64,000 nucleotides of DNA from assembly GCA_963754875.1 (NCBI GenBank), contig CAVWHO010000007.1, positions 96,001 through 160,000 of the forward strand, read 5' to 3'. This DNA comes from Nitrospirota bacterium. GTDB taxonomy: Bacteria > Nitrospirota > UBA9217. A program made the translations under genes and the position numbers. Position 1 is the first letter of the stretch. The number at the start of each line of letters is the position of its first letter. The notes below the pieces were generated by a model. It saw only the letters and a list, made by a program, of their open reading frames with translations, was not told where the DNA came from and did not search any database. Below, piece by piece: positions 1 through 9,523 of this stretch.

Positions 1-222
1 AAAGACCTGAGCAGTGCGCTTGCGCAGCTCCGCGAATGGGACAAAATGATGAAACATCACGCTCCGGAACGGAACGTTTTCGAACTCAAGAACATGATTA
101 CCACGTCAATGCTCATCACCCGTTCGGCTCTCCTGCGGGAAGGGAGCGTAGGCGCGCATTACCGGAGCGATTTCCCGTCAAAAGGCAGGAACTGGAGGAA
201 GAGGACGGTTATGGCGAAATGA
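1..222 (+). CDS. nadB: L-aspartate oxidase, C-terminal fragment (5' end outside window)
   Basis: Manual frame-1 translation ...FELKNMITTSMLITRSALLREGSVGAHYRSDFPSKG...MAK* matches the NadB/SdhA-family C-terminal motif; not in the ORF track. Confidence 0.75.
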   Translation, partial: KDLSSALAQLREWDKMMKHHAPERNVFELKNMITTSMLITRSALLREGSVGAHYRSDFPSKGRNWRKRTVMAK

Positions 223-393
223 TTCTTTGCGTGTGGATTATTCATGCGCGGAAAAACGTCTCTCTGATTCACGAAGATCCTGCTTGACCGGCAGCCATCC
301 TTTACAATGGCCGGCAGTTTACGTATAATAGCAAATGTGATGTAGAGACCGTATTGTGCTGCTTCGCAAACCCACACGAGGAGGTAGTGTATA

Positions 394-639
394 ATGTATC
401 AAATTTGGATCGCGGTTATCGGGGCACTTATCATGGCAGGAGGGCTCGGTGGCATCTATTATCTCATCATCAAACAAAATGCCACCTTAGGCATGAAGAC
501 CATCCAGTTCCTGGCCATCGTTTTTGTCCTGCCGTTGATGCTCGTTCTCGGCGTCATGAATGTCCTGGGAAGAGAGACGATCGGCACGCTTCTCGGCGTT
601 GTCGTCGGATACGTCCTCTCCGGTTTTGGAAAGGAATAG
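394..639 (+). CDS. Small hypothetical membrane protein (about 3 hydrophobic segments)
   Basis: 81-aa hydrophobic ORF, GAGGAGG upstream, terminator downstream. Confidence 0.7.
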   Translation: MYQIWIAVIGALIMAGGLGGIYYLIIKQNATLGMKTIQFLAIVFVLPLMLVLGVMNVLGRETIGTLLGVVVGYVLSGFGKE

Positions 640-677
640 ACCGTCTCGACTGCGGCGCGGTGTAAAAAAACCTCAGC

Positions 678-702
678 GGCAGACCGTAAGTCTGCCTTTT
701 TT
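678..702 (+). terminator. Intrinsic terminator
   Basis: GGCAGAC-cgtaa-GTCTGCC followed by TTTTTT. Confidence 0.75.
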
Positions 703-773
703 ATTACTAGTGCTTCGAGCATCTCCTGTTCTCCCCCCTTATAAAAACCTGCAATTATGATAAAATAGTTAGT

Positions 774-953
774 ATGATATTTTCTGCTGATTCAACCATA
801 TGGTTCAGTCTGGAGCGGGGGTTCAGCGAGTCCTTCTACATCCTCTGCCCGATATGCTGGAACTCGGGCATCAAAGTGATCCGTTGGGAAGACGGGACAG
901 AAGAAATGAGCGAGTGTGCCTCGTGCAAGCGCAGGGATGAGGCGATGAAGTGA
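774..953 (+). CDS. 59-aa putative zinc-ribbon microprotein
   Basis: Manual translation MIFSADSTIWFSLERGFSESFYILCPICWNSGIKVIRWEDGTEEMSECASCKRRDEAMK*; two CxxC pairs; below the ORF-track cutoff. Confidence 0.6.
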   Translation: MIFSADSTIWFSLERGFSESFYILCPICWNSGIKVIRWEDGTEEMSECASCKRRDEAMK

Positions 954-1054
954 CTCATCCAAGAGAAACGGGTGAGTCGACAGAGGAGAGCTGTATGTGA
1001 TGTCGACATGTTCTGCATGCATCCTGAATCCTGCATTGCTGCGTCCCTTTCACA

Positions 1055-2323
1055 TCATCCCTTCTCTATTTTTTCCGTTGCAAGAAACGGAATGGTCAGC
1101 ATGCCAGGGATGGTCATGAAGCAGACGATGACGAAAAACATTTTATATCCCACCGTCTGCTGAAGCCAGCCGCTCGCAAAGCCCGGCAGCATCATGCCGA
1201 GCGCCATGATCCCCGTCGAAATTGCGTAGTGAGACGTTTTATATTTCCCTGCAGCCGAATACATGAGGTAAACAGTAAACACCGTAAATCCTACTCCATA
1301 ACCGAACTGCTCCAAAGCCACGAGCGGGTACACATACCCGATGCCGGGCTGTGCGTAGGCCATATATACGAAGAGCAGGTCCGGCAGATGCATGGCGATC
1401 ACCATGGGCCAGACGCACCTCTTGAACCCGTACCGTGAGATGAGCCATCCTCCCAAGACCCCGCCGGTCACCAGGCAGAACACGCCCACGGTCCCGTAAG
1501 CAATACCCACCTGTTCCGTTGTAAGGCCGAGGCCTCCGACGTCAGTCTTGTCCAGGAGAAAAGGGGGCACCAGTTTCAGCAGCATTGCCTCGCCCAGTCG
1601 ATAGAGCAGGATAAAGGCCAGCACGACGCCGACCTTGTTCTGTCGAAAGTAGGCCTTGATGACGCTCAGAAACGATGCAGCATCGCTCCTTGAAAGTGCG
1701 GTTCGGACGCCGTCGGTCGCCGGATACGGCAGGATGAATTTGTGATAGACGAGAGCGCTCGCGAAGATGAGCCCCGAAACGATCATCACCGTGGACCAGC
1801 TCCAGGCAATATCGTTGCTCGATGTTTCGAGCATGCCTGCGACGTAGACCAAAAAGCCCGTGCCGAAGATCATGGCCAGCCGGTAGAAGCCTGCGCGCAG
1901 ACCAACGAAGAGCGCCTGCTCCTTCTCCGTGAGCGCGAGCATGTAGAATCCGTCCGTCGCGATGTCGTAGGTCGCGGAGATAAACGCACCCGCAAGGAAA
2001 GCCGCCAAAGACAGGGCAAAGAACGAGTGCGTCCTCAGCGAGAAGGCAACCATGAACATACACAGGCTCATCGCCGCCTGGGTCCAGAGGATCCAGTTCC
2101 GCTTGGTTGAATACACGTCCACGAAGGGCCCCCAGAACATCTTGATGACCCACGGAAGGTAGAGCCAACTTGTCCAGAACGCAATATGCGCGTTGTCGAT
2201 GCCCAGCCGCTTGTACAGGATGACCGACACGGTGTTGATGAGCACGTAGGGCAGACCTTCGGCGAAATAAAGAGTGGGAAGGATGGACCAGGGATTGCGG
2301 GAGGCAACACGGTCTGTTTTCAT
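1055..2323 (-). CDS. ampG: AmpG-like MFS permease
   Basis: Motifs LYFAEGLPY, LPWVIKMFWGPFVD and SATYDIATDGFY; 12-TM MFS pattern. Confidence 0.8.
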   Translation of the reverse strand: MKTDRVASRNPWSILPTLYFAEGLPYVLINTVSVILYKRLGIDNAHIAFWTSWLYLPWVIKMFWGPFVDVYSTKRNWILWTQAAMSLCMFMVAFSLRTHSFFALSLAAFLAGAFISATYDIATDGFYMLALTEKEQALFVGLRAGFYRLAMIFGTGFLVYVAGMLETSSNDIAWSWSTVMIVSGLIFASALVYHKFILPYPATDGVRTALSRSDAASFLSVIKAYFRQNKVGVVLAFILLYRLGEAMLLKLVPPFLLDKTDVGGLGLTTEQVGIAYGTVGVFCLVTGGVLGGWLISRYGFKRCVWPMVIAMHLPDLLFVYMAYAQPGIGYVYPLVALEQFGYGVGFTVFTVYLMYSAAGKYKTSHYAISTGIMALGMMLPGFASGWLQQTVGYKMFFVIVCFMTIPGMLTIPFLATEKIEKG

Positions 2324-2557
2324 GGACGTAAGCTATCAGATTGCACGAGAAACTGCCAGCGAAAAAACAATGCCGTCAAGAGTCAGGCCCTGTATTCGGC
2401 TGTTGCCGTATCAGCGACAGACAAAAGCCCCTTCGTCAACAATTGAATAATTTCTGTTTTACTTTGGAGCGCGTATCATCCTGCAGTTTCTTAATTTTTA
2501 CTTTGACATTCACGCTACATTCAGGTATTTTTTTACTATCTTTTCGCGAGGAACCTA

Positions 2558-4387
2558 ATGATAAAATCTCGTTTACCTGGTAATCTCTTAGCCATCAGCT
2601 TTCTTTTCTGCATATTGATCGCGCCGAAAGCAGCCATTGCCCTGGATCTTATCGTCGAACAAAATCCCACTGATCCCACGCACTATACAAGCATTCAGAC
2701 AGCAATCGATTATGCCGATTCTCTCGTAAATTCTCCGACCCCAACGACAACCAGTTTCAGGATCCTGGTCGAACCCGGACAGTACCCGGGGCCGATTACG
2801 TTAAAATCGAACATCCCTGTTCTAGGCAGAGAAACTGCCAGAACGATTCTGAGCGGCGGCGGGAGCGGACCGGCGGTAACCGCCTCGGCGGTTACGAGCG
2901 TTAGTTTTAGAAATTTCAGGATTACAAACGCCTCCCCGGGAATCAGCATTTCGAACAACTCGTCCGTCGTTATCGAAAATAATGTCTTTCAAGTCGGAAC
3001 CGGGAGCACGGCCGTACAAATACAAAGTTCACCTTCTGCGCAGGTCATCAACAACACCTTCTACCTTAACGGGACAGCCATCCTCCGCGATGCGGATTCG
3101 GTAATAGTTAAGAATAATATTTTCTTCAATAATACGACGGGTATAAGCCAGGGAGCGGTCGTTTCCCAAAACAACATTACCTTCAATGCTTTTTTCCCGA
3201 ATACGACTGCCGGCCCGCAGGGGACGAACTTCATTCCCAACCCGCTCATTACACTGACCGACCCGCTTTTCGTTGATGTCGCCAATTTTGATTTTCATTT
3301 GAAGTCAGGCTCGCCGTGTATTGACAATGGGGATTCGAACATCACTGACGTCATCGACGGGACACGCAGCGATATGGGTGCCTACGGCGGCCCTGATGCG
3401 GACACGATCCCCTTCCAGATAACCGGCGTCACTCCAGCCATGCCGTCGACAACGTCGGTCACTTTGAACTGGAATCCGAACAACTCCTACATCATTGGCG
3501 GTTATAAGGTCTATTACGGCGACTCCTCCGGTAATTACACCGGCACCGGCGCAGCTGAAGGTCCTTCACCAATTACAGTGCCGACGGGCACCTCTGCCAC
3601 GACCTTTACCTTGAGCGGCCTCAATTTCACCGCTACCACGCCCGCAAGTCCAACGCTTAATTCGACGGCACCGTTGAATGAAAGTCTCGCGCTCACTTGG
3701 AATGCCGTGGCCGGAGCGACCGGGTATAAAGTGTACCATGACACGGTTTCGCCGCCAACCGCTTTTATTGATGATGTCCATAATGTAACTTCCTATACGC
3801 TATCAGGACTCACGAACGGCCAAAAGTATTATGTGGCCGTTTCTGCTTATTCACAGGCACAGCAATATCTGGCAGTCACAGCCTTTGACGTCAGTACGGG
3901 TCCTTTTGAGCCGGGGATACAGCACGAGAGCGCATACTCCCAGGAAGTTACCGCGGGCACCGGTGATGTTAAAGAAAGCGCCTTGTCGAACATACTGTCG
4001 GACTTTCCGGAGGTTATTGTTCCTTATCCGAATCTTCCGAACTCGCATGCAGGATGCTTCATCGCTACCGCCGCATATGGTTATTATTCTGAGCCGAACG
4101 TGCAGGCTCTGCGCAATTTTAGGGATCAATTCCTCGTCACCAATGCCCCCGGCAGGGCTCTTGTCAAATGGTATTATTTTCATGGGCCCGCTGCTGCGGC
4201 CTGGCTGAACTCCCATCCAGGATACAAGCCCCTCGTCAGAGCTGCGCTTTTGCCTGCTGTCGGTGTTTCGCTCTTCTTGACAAAGACATCGCTCGCGATG
4301 AAAATCGCGTTCTTGTTGATAGCAGGTTTTTTTATTGTGTTCCCCTTTACCAGGAAACGGCTTTCAGGTTCGGGAGGCTCGCGTTGA
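2558..4387 (+). CDS. Secreted or surface protein: right-handed beta-helix, FN3 domains and C-terminal CFI-box-CTERM
   Basis: Signal peptide; N-rich beta-helix repeats; DFHLKSGSPCID...DMGAYGG; FN3 motifs (LTWNAVAGATGYKVY, LSGLTNGQKYYVAV); GCFIATAAYG...LRNFRD motif, then TM and basic tail. Confidence 0.85.
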   Translation: MIKSRLPGNLLAISFLFCILIAPKAAIALDLIVEQNPTDPTHYTSIQTAIDYADSLVNSPTPTTTSFRILVEPGQYPGPITLKSNIPVLGRETARTILSGGGSGPAVTASAVTSVSFRNFRITNASPGISISNNSSVVIENNVFQVGTGSTAVQIQSSPSAQVINNTFYLNGTAILRDADSVIVKNNIFFNNTTGISQGAVVSQNNITFNAFFPNTTAGPQGTNFIPNPLITLTDPLFVDVANFDFHLKSGSPCIDNGDSNITDVIDGTRSDMGAYGGPDADTIPFQITGVTPAMPSTTSVTLNWNPNNSYIIGGYKVYYGDSSGNYTGTGAAEGPSPITVPTGTSATTFTLSGLNFTATTPASPTLNSTAPLNESLALTWNAVAGATGYKVYHDTVSPPTAFIDDVHNVTSYTLSGLTNGQKYYVAVSAYSQAQQYLAVTAFDVSTGPFEPGIQHESAYSQEVTAGTGDVKESALSNILSDFPEVIVPYPNLPNSHAGCFIATAAYGYYSEPNVQALRNFRDQFLVTNAPGRALVKWYYFHGPAAAAWLNSHPGYKPLVRAALLPAVGVSLFLTKTSLAMKIAFLLIAGFFIVFPFTRKRLSGSGGSR

Positions 4388-5040
4388 AAAAAATCCTTTT
4401 GTTCTTCATGCTCATCTTCCTGCCGGTCGCGACCTTTGCCGCTGAACCGCTCCAAGAGCGACCGCACTGGTCTTTCGAAGCGAAGGGGGGGAATTTCGCT
4501 CCTTCCCTGGCTAATTGGAAGCAGTTCTACAACAAACGCAGCATGCCGGAATATGGATTCGCACTGTCGTATAAGCTTCTCCGACAGGTCGAGATCGGCG
4601 TCGAAGGCGGTTTCGCCGAGGCAAGAGGTCAGGCATTCGCGCCGCTCCACTCGCAGCAGGCAGGCTCTTCAGTGCTTGCCGGCAGCGTGACGTATGATCT
4701 CTTTCCGGTCAATGTATTCGTACTGCTGCGTGGTCTCGTGAGTGAGAATCAGTGGCTGGTTCCTTATGTGGGCGGCGGCTTTACACGAATGTACTATCAG
4801 GAAAAAGTGGAAGGACAAGGCTCGACGCGCGGCTCAGCGGACGGCTACCACTACCGGGGCGGGCTGCAGTTTCTGCTCGACGGCATTGACCGCGATGCAG
4901 CGAACAGCATGTACCTCGACTACGGAGTCTATCATACATACTTCTTTGTTGAAGCGGAAAAAACCAGCGCTAAAGTAAAGTCTGTTTCAGTCGATATCGG
5001 CGGCGAGGCCTACCTGTTGGGGCTCCTGTTCGAGTTTTAA
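4384..5040 (+). CDS. Outer-membrane beta-barrel protein (MXAN_2562-like)
   Basis: Probable TTG start overlapping the upstream TGA; signal peptide; amphipathic strands (LVPYVGGG); terminal Phe (LLFEF). Confidence 0.75.
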   Translation: MKKILLFFMLIFLPVATFAAEPLQERPHWSFEAKGGNFAPSLANWKQFYNKRSMPEYGFALSYKLLRQVEIGVEGGFAEARGQAFAPLHSQQAGSSVLAGSVTYDLFPVNVFVLLRGLVSENQWLVPYVGGGFTRMYYQEKVEGQGSTRGSADGYHYRGGLQFLLDGIDRDAANSMYLDYGVYHTYFFVEAEKTSAKVKSVSVDIGGEAYLLGLLFEF

Positions 5041-5086
5041 TCGCGAAATTCAGGATCCCCCGTCCAAACTATTCGATTCAATCAGC

Positions 5087-5329
5087 TCAAAATGTGGCTC
5101 CTGCATCAATGCTTTCATCCCTTGCTCTGATGACGAAAAAGGTGATCGTCCCGCCGGCGGTTACTGATGCAGCGATAATCACGGACTTGATCCGTATTCT
5201 CTTTCCGCCAGGCACGTGGGCTTTCTTGCCGTTCAGCGAGCCGCCGGTCACTGGAACATTCGCGCCGCACGAGGTACAGTACTGTGCGTTTTCGTTCGCG
5301 TCAGCGCTGCACTTACTGCCCTCGCTCAT
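5087..5329 (-). pseudogene. Degenerate zinc-ribbon membrane protein
   Basis: MSEGSKC...AQYCTSCG has Gly at the expected first Cys; ORF ends shortly after one TM segment. Confidence 0.4.
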
Positions 5330-5468
5330 TGGTATTTCTCCTTCTTTCCCGTTCTGATACAGAAGGGTGCCGATCATTTTGCTGTACTTGAGAATGTCCA
5401 CCTGGGTGCGACACCCAAAGTCAATCGTTCACGATGCGACCTCACCAGGTTCATACTTGCTGTGCCAA

Positions 5469-6251
5469 TTACCTGAGTCCCGCGTCGGCGGCCGCCTTTG
5501 CCGTATTCGCGGAGGCTCGTCTGCCAGCCGCAGTGGCACAGCCGCTCCCTGCCGCACCGTCCCTCGTCAGGGGCTGGCCTTCTCTTGTCTTGCAATAATC
5601 GCATCCCGGACCGGACAGCTGCTCGGTCAACGCGACCCGCACCGTGGCTTTCTCTGACAGGTCCTGAAGCCACTTGCGCACCGTGCGGCCTGCCGTCCGC
5701 GGGTCGGTTCCGAGCGGCACAACTTTTCGGGCAATAAGCCGATCGATCACGAGGCGATGCTTCAAGTCCTTTTCATACTCGACCGCCGTGCCGTACATCA
5801 ATTTCATTGCCTGCCAAAAAGGGGTTTCGCCGGGACCTGACGCAATGCGGGCTTCGGCAGCAGCGGCAATCTCGTCTTGAGAAACCGTGATCCCGGCTTT
5901 GCGTGCTTCCTGGAGCACCAGCCGCTCAGCAATCAGCTCGTTCAGTGCCCGATACCGGAGGTCGGCTGCGGCCTCTCGGCCCCTATGCTGCACGCGGGAA
6001 ACGGCGTCGTCGAGCTCGGACACCTTGATCTGTTCACCATTCACCTCTGCCGCGATACCGTTGGGCAAATGGAACTTGTAATAGCCGATCGCTGCAGCGA
6101 TCACAATGATAGGCACGAACAGAAGAGCAATAAAATAAACCCTCCGCTGTTTATAAACAACTTTAGTTTGCTGGTTCCCGAGCGGCCTCCCGCACTCTGC
6201 ACAGAATACAGCCTCTGCATCGTTCACTTTATTACAATCAGGACAATTCAT
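5469..6251 (-). CDS. Zinc-ribbon, TM and SurA N-terminal-like protein (C-terminus possibly disrupted)
   Basis: CPDC...FCAECG ribbon; AAEVNGEQI...ALNELIAERLVLQEARKAGITVS is SurA_N-like. Confidence 0.7.
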   Translation of the reverse strand: MNCPDCNKVNDAEAVFCAECGRPLGNQQTKVVYKQRRVYFIALLFVPIIVIAAAIGYYKFHLPNGIAAEVNGEQIKVSELDDAVSRVQHRGREAAADLRYRALNELIAERLVLQEARKAGITVSQDEIAAAAEARIASGPGETPFWQAMKLMYGTAVEYEKDLKHRLVIDRLIARKVVPLGTDPRTAGRTVRKWLQDLSEKATVRVALTEQLSGPGCDYCKTREGQPLTRDGAAGSGCATAAGRRASANTAKAAADAGLR

Positions 6252-6361
6252 TTTTTTCTCCGCAGTCCGGCTACAATACAGCGCAGGCGCAACGGACTAG
6301 CCTGATAACATCGGCTTGAAAACCTGGTCACTTGCCGCCTTCCCTATTCAGTTTTTATTTT

Positions 6362-6496
6362 TGATGGTTTCGTAAAAAGTCGGATATCACGCTTTTGACG
6401 TCATTCCGGCTTGTCCGGAATCTTCTCTTTTCAGTATGTTGTAAAAGCACTACGGTTCCCGACAAGCGGGGATGACGACTTTTTACGACTTCATCA
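6362..6496. repeat. ~135-bp nested palindromic element (MITE/REP-like), copy 1
   Basis: Terminal IR TGATGGTTTCGTAAAAAGTCG / CGACTTTTTACGACTTCATCA; internal IR GTCATTCCGGCTTGTCCGGAA / TTCCCGACAAGCGGGGATGAC; second copy at 23374-23505. Confidence 0.8.
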
Positions 6497-6698
6497 TTTT
6501 TATATATGATTGCAATTCATTTGCCAGCTTAAATGCCTGAGAAAGCAGAGGGATGAGGTTAACGGAAAGGTCTCGGTGTGGCATTTGATACAGCCAGAGC
6601 AGGAAAAAAAACAAGCAACAGATCATATCGTTGCTGAAAGGGACAGTGCACGCCTCTGCCTGTCCTTTTGCAGTACAGGAGATGCGCTCACCGAACAT

Positions 6699-7013
6699 CT
6701 AGTCTGCCTGCACCTGCTTGCCGCTCGTTCTTACCCTATTAATGATCTCCCCGGTACTCGGCAGGCCCGGTGATGCAGAGGGCGTCTTAAGACCGTCGAA
6801 ATAGACAATTTTCCCCAAGTCGTAGCAGTCGAGGATCTCGATGCATTCTTTGTCCTTGGCCTGCCCATAGGACATACTGTAGATGTTACCGTCTTTAAAA
6901 TAAAATCGTATCAGGTTTTCGCTGGCCTCGGCAACGGTTACAAAGAGCGCACCGGTCTTCTTCCCGGCGTGGTATTCCTGCAGCACATCTGCAAACAATT
7001 TCAGTGTAGCCAC
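6699..7013 (-). CDS. Hypothetical protein (DUF4388/PATAN-like)
   Basis: KKTGALFV...IRFYFKDGNI motif; strong RBS. Confidence 0.6.
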   Translation of the reverse strand: MATLKLFADVLQEYHAGKKTGALFVTVAEASENLIRFYFKDGNIYSMSYGQAKDKECIEILDCYDLGKIVYFDGLKTPSASPGLPSTGEIINRVRTSGKQVQAD

Positions 7014-7372
7014 GTTTTTCCACCCCCTTAGAAATCAATTTCATTTGCTGGTGAGGCATTTTGATCTTCGGCAATCCTGCTTTTCTTTTAAATCTTCAAT
7101 CCTGCAGGTCTTTGCGCCTTTTCAACAGCCATCTTGCGCTTATTGAAATATTCGGGCTGCCATGTCAATCCTTACAGAAAATTGGCATACTCGCCTTAAG
7201 GCTTTGAAGCATCCCATTAGTCCGCAGCCACAATACGCTTTTCAGGCTCAAAACAGGCTTCTCATAACTCTAATAAATACGGACCGCGCTTGCTCCCCGC
7301 CCGCGCAGGTCCTCGTCACATGCATCTGTGTACGGCAGCCCCGCCCCCCGGGACTGCGCGACTGCAACCCCG

Positions 7373-7543
7373 TTACCAGCAGAAGACTTTATCAGAGGAG
7401 AACACATCGGCCACGAGCTTGTCGTAGGACACTCCCCCCTTGTACAGCTCAATCGTTTTTACCTCGTTACCTGCAGCCTGTGTTTCCATGATTTTCTTCG
7501 TGCTTGCGTCCGGCGTTTTTTTCAAAATATGTAAAATTTTCAC
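7373..7543 (-). CDS. 56-aa DsrH/TusB-like protein
   Basis: Manual translation from GTG after GGAGGAG: MKILHILKKTPDASTKKIMETQAAGNEVKTIELYKGGVSYDKLVADVFSSDKVFCW*; DsrH-like C-terminus; follows DsrE- and DsrF-like genes. Confidence 0.75.
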   Translation of the reverse strand: MKILHILKKTPDASTKKIMETQAAGNEVKTIELYKGGVSYDKLVADVFSSDKVFCW

Positions 7544-7565
7544 AGAATATTCTCCTCCCTCATGC

Positions 7566-7844
7566 TCAGTAAGGCACTACGACATCATACTCTAAGAGCT
7601 TCTTCGCCATCTCTTCCAGCGCAATCGTAGTATAGCCGTTTTCCTGATTATTGGAATAGATCTTGAGATCGAGTTCGGTAACCAGTTCGAGCGGCGTCGC
7701 GATCTCGGCATTATTCTTGTCCAGTTTGCTATCGAGTACAAAGACCTCGATGGTGTCGTCCGCCAGAGTGAGTCCGCCCGCCACCCGGAGCGCCTCTGCC
7801 TGCCGGTCCCTGACGATGACCGCAATTTTTTTTGTATCTCCCAT
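7566..7844 (-). CDS. DsrF-like sulfur-relay protein
   Basis: KKIAVIVRDRQAEALRVAGGLTL...LLEYDVVVPY; DsrEFH-like fold and operon position. Confidence 0.7.
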   Translation of the reverse strand: MGDTKKIAVIVRDRQAEALRVAGGLTLADDTIEVFVLDSKLDKNNAEIATPLELVTELDLKIYSNNQENGYTTIALEEMAKKLLEYDVVVPY

Positions 7845-7871
7845 GCGTTATGCTCCCTTGTGATCAGATTA

Positions 7872-8177
7872 TTAGAACACCAGCACGCGCGTGCTGTCAT
7901 GCAGCATCCCTGCGTTATTGTACTGGCTGCCGTACGAGATGCCTGCTGTCTTGTCGTGGATACCGATCCGCTCGCAGCTGTGGTCGCAGCAGGAAAACTC
8001 CACGCCGTCTGTCTTCAGCAAATCGAGGAACTTAGGGTCCCTGGTAAAGCGTACGCCTTCATCGGTCATGAAAAGCATCACTGATTTGCCTGCCGCGCGA
8101 GCTGCCTTTACAACGCCTGCGATATGTTCGAGGTTCTCGTACTTGGTTACCATAATGCCCAGCATTTCTGTTGCCAT
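7872..8177 (-). CDS. DsrE-family sulfurtransferase
   Basis: Start after AGGAGG; LFMTDEGV and CCDHS motifs; ends RVLVF. Confidence 0.8.
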   Translation of the reverse strand: MATEMLGIMVTKYENLEHIAGVVKAARAAGKSVMLFMTDEGVRFTRDPKFLDLLKTDGVEFSCCDHSCERIGIHDKTAGISYGSQYNNAGMLHDSTRVLVF

Positions 8178-8292
8178 AATTTCACCTCCTTTCACGAAAC
8201 CGGTCCTCCGCCCCTTCTTTGGCAGAGGCGACCAGCCCAATATTACCATCTTCCCCCGGATTCTAACAAATGTTTTATCGCATTTTTAGGTA

Positions 8293-8325
8293 AAAAAAAC
8301 CGGGCAGGATTTCCCCGCCCGGTCC
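8293..8325 (-). terminator. Intrinsic terminator after yeeE-like gene
   Basis: Minus strand ACCGGGCGGG-gaaat-CCTGCCCGGT followed by a T-run. Confidence 0.7.
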
Positions 8326-8340
8326 TAAGATCTTATCGTT

Positions 8341-9449
8341 TTACACATCCAGATCCTGCATCGGCCTGATCAGCAGGAAATAAACCATGGTCCAGTTGCC
8401 CAGAATGATGAAGATGTTGGCAACCCAGCTCGATACAGCCAGAGTGGACACGCCGGTCAGGCTGTGACCGATGTTGCAGCCGCCGCCCATCTGTGCGCCG
8501 ACTCCCATGATAAAACCGCCCAGAAGCACCTTGATGAGCTCGTCCGCCGGCGGCACCTTCAACTTCACTTCCTTCAGGAGCTTTCCGCTGATGAACGCGC
8601 CAACAGGCACAGCCACGACGTACAGCGAACTCCAGGAAAAGGTCATGCCGAAGATGCTTCGAGATTCGAGTGGGCTGACGGCCCCGGGATTATTCTGATA
8701 GTTCCCGAAGAACACGGCCAAGAAAAACTCCCGGACCGGCCCGGTGAACGAAAGGCCGCGGGCCCTGCCGCCGAAATAATCCGAGGCCCAGAACGCCGCC
8801 ACGGCAACGAGACCGGTCAAGGAGCCCGACCAGGGACCACGAATATCCCTTCTTCGCCTTGACGAAGGGCTTGCCCTTGAACACGAACGAACAGGATCAC
8901 CGCGGAAATGACCACAATGAGGATCCACTTGTTGATGCCGAGCAGATTGTCGAGGGTCGGGATCGTATCCTCACCCTTCCGAAACAATACGTTGCGGTCG
9001 AGATCATCCAATCATAGATCGGCTTCAGAAAGCCGAACTTCGTCATTGCAATGCCGAAGAAGAATCCGAAGACGGCAAAGACGTACGCCAGGTTCCCTTC
9101 TCCCACGCGGTACAGGATGCCGCTTCCGCACCCGCCCGCAAGAACGATGCCCATGCCGAAGATGTAGCCCCCGATGATGTTGGCCCAGGGCACGAAGGCC
9201 TGACGATAGAGCGTACCGGTCACGCAGACCCCGTCTTCAAGATGGCTGCAGCCAGCCCAGATCCTCGATCAAGTTCGCGCCGATCATCGTAACCGCCACG
9301 GCGAGCAGGTATGCGCGGAGCATGGTGTAGTCCTGAAAGAGAACTTCCCGAAACGCGGAGTTGATGCAGAACCGGCCGCGCTGGAGAACAAAACCGAACG
9401 CCGCGCCGATGAGCAGACCGGACACAATAAATGCTAATGTAGAAACCAT
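8341..9449 (-). CDS. YeeE/YedE-family thiosulfate/sulfur transporter, split by about 4 frameshifts
   Basis: Consecutive pieces in different frames rebuild one protein with motifs QRGRFC, LAGGCGSG and GGGCNIGH. Confidence 0.8.
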
Positions 9450-9523
9450 TCTTCCCCCCCTTTAGATTTGTTCCCCCTGCGGTTTCTCTCTATATTCACT
9501 ATGTACTGCGTCCACCCCTGGAG

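Noticed and set aside
36..287. 83-aa ORF from the track
   Set aside because: Out of frame with the nadB C-terminus, which explains this region
7030..7270. Possible small gene between the DsrH-like and DUF4388-like genes
   Set aside because: The minus-strand frames I read are interrupted by stops and no motif was recognised
9237..9239. TGA in yeeE as a selenocysteine codon
   Set aside because: The protein continues in a different frame, so this is a frameshift and not read-through
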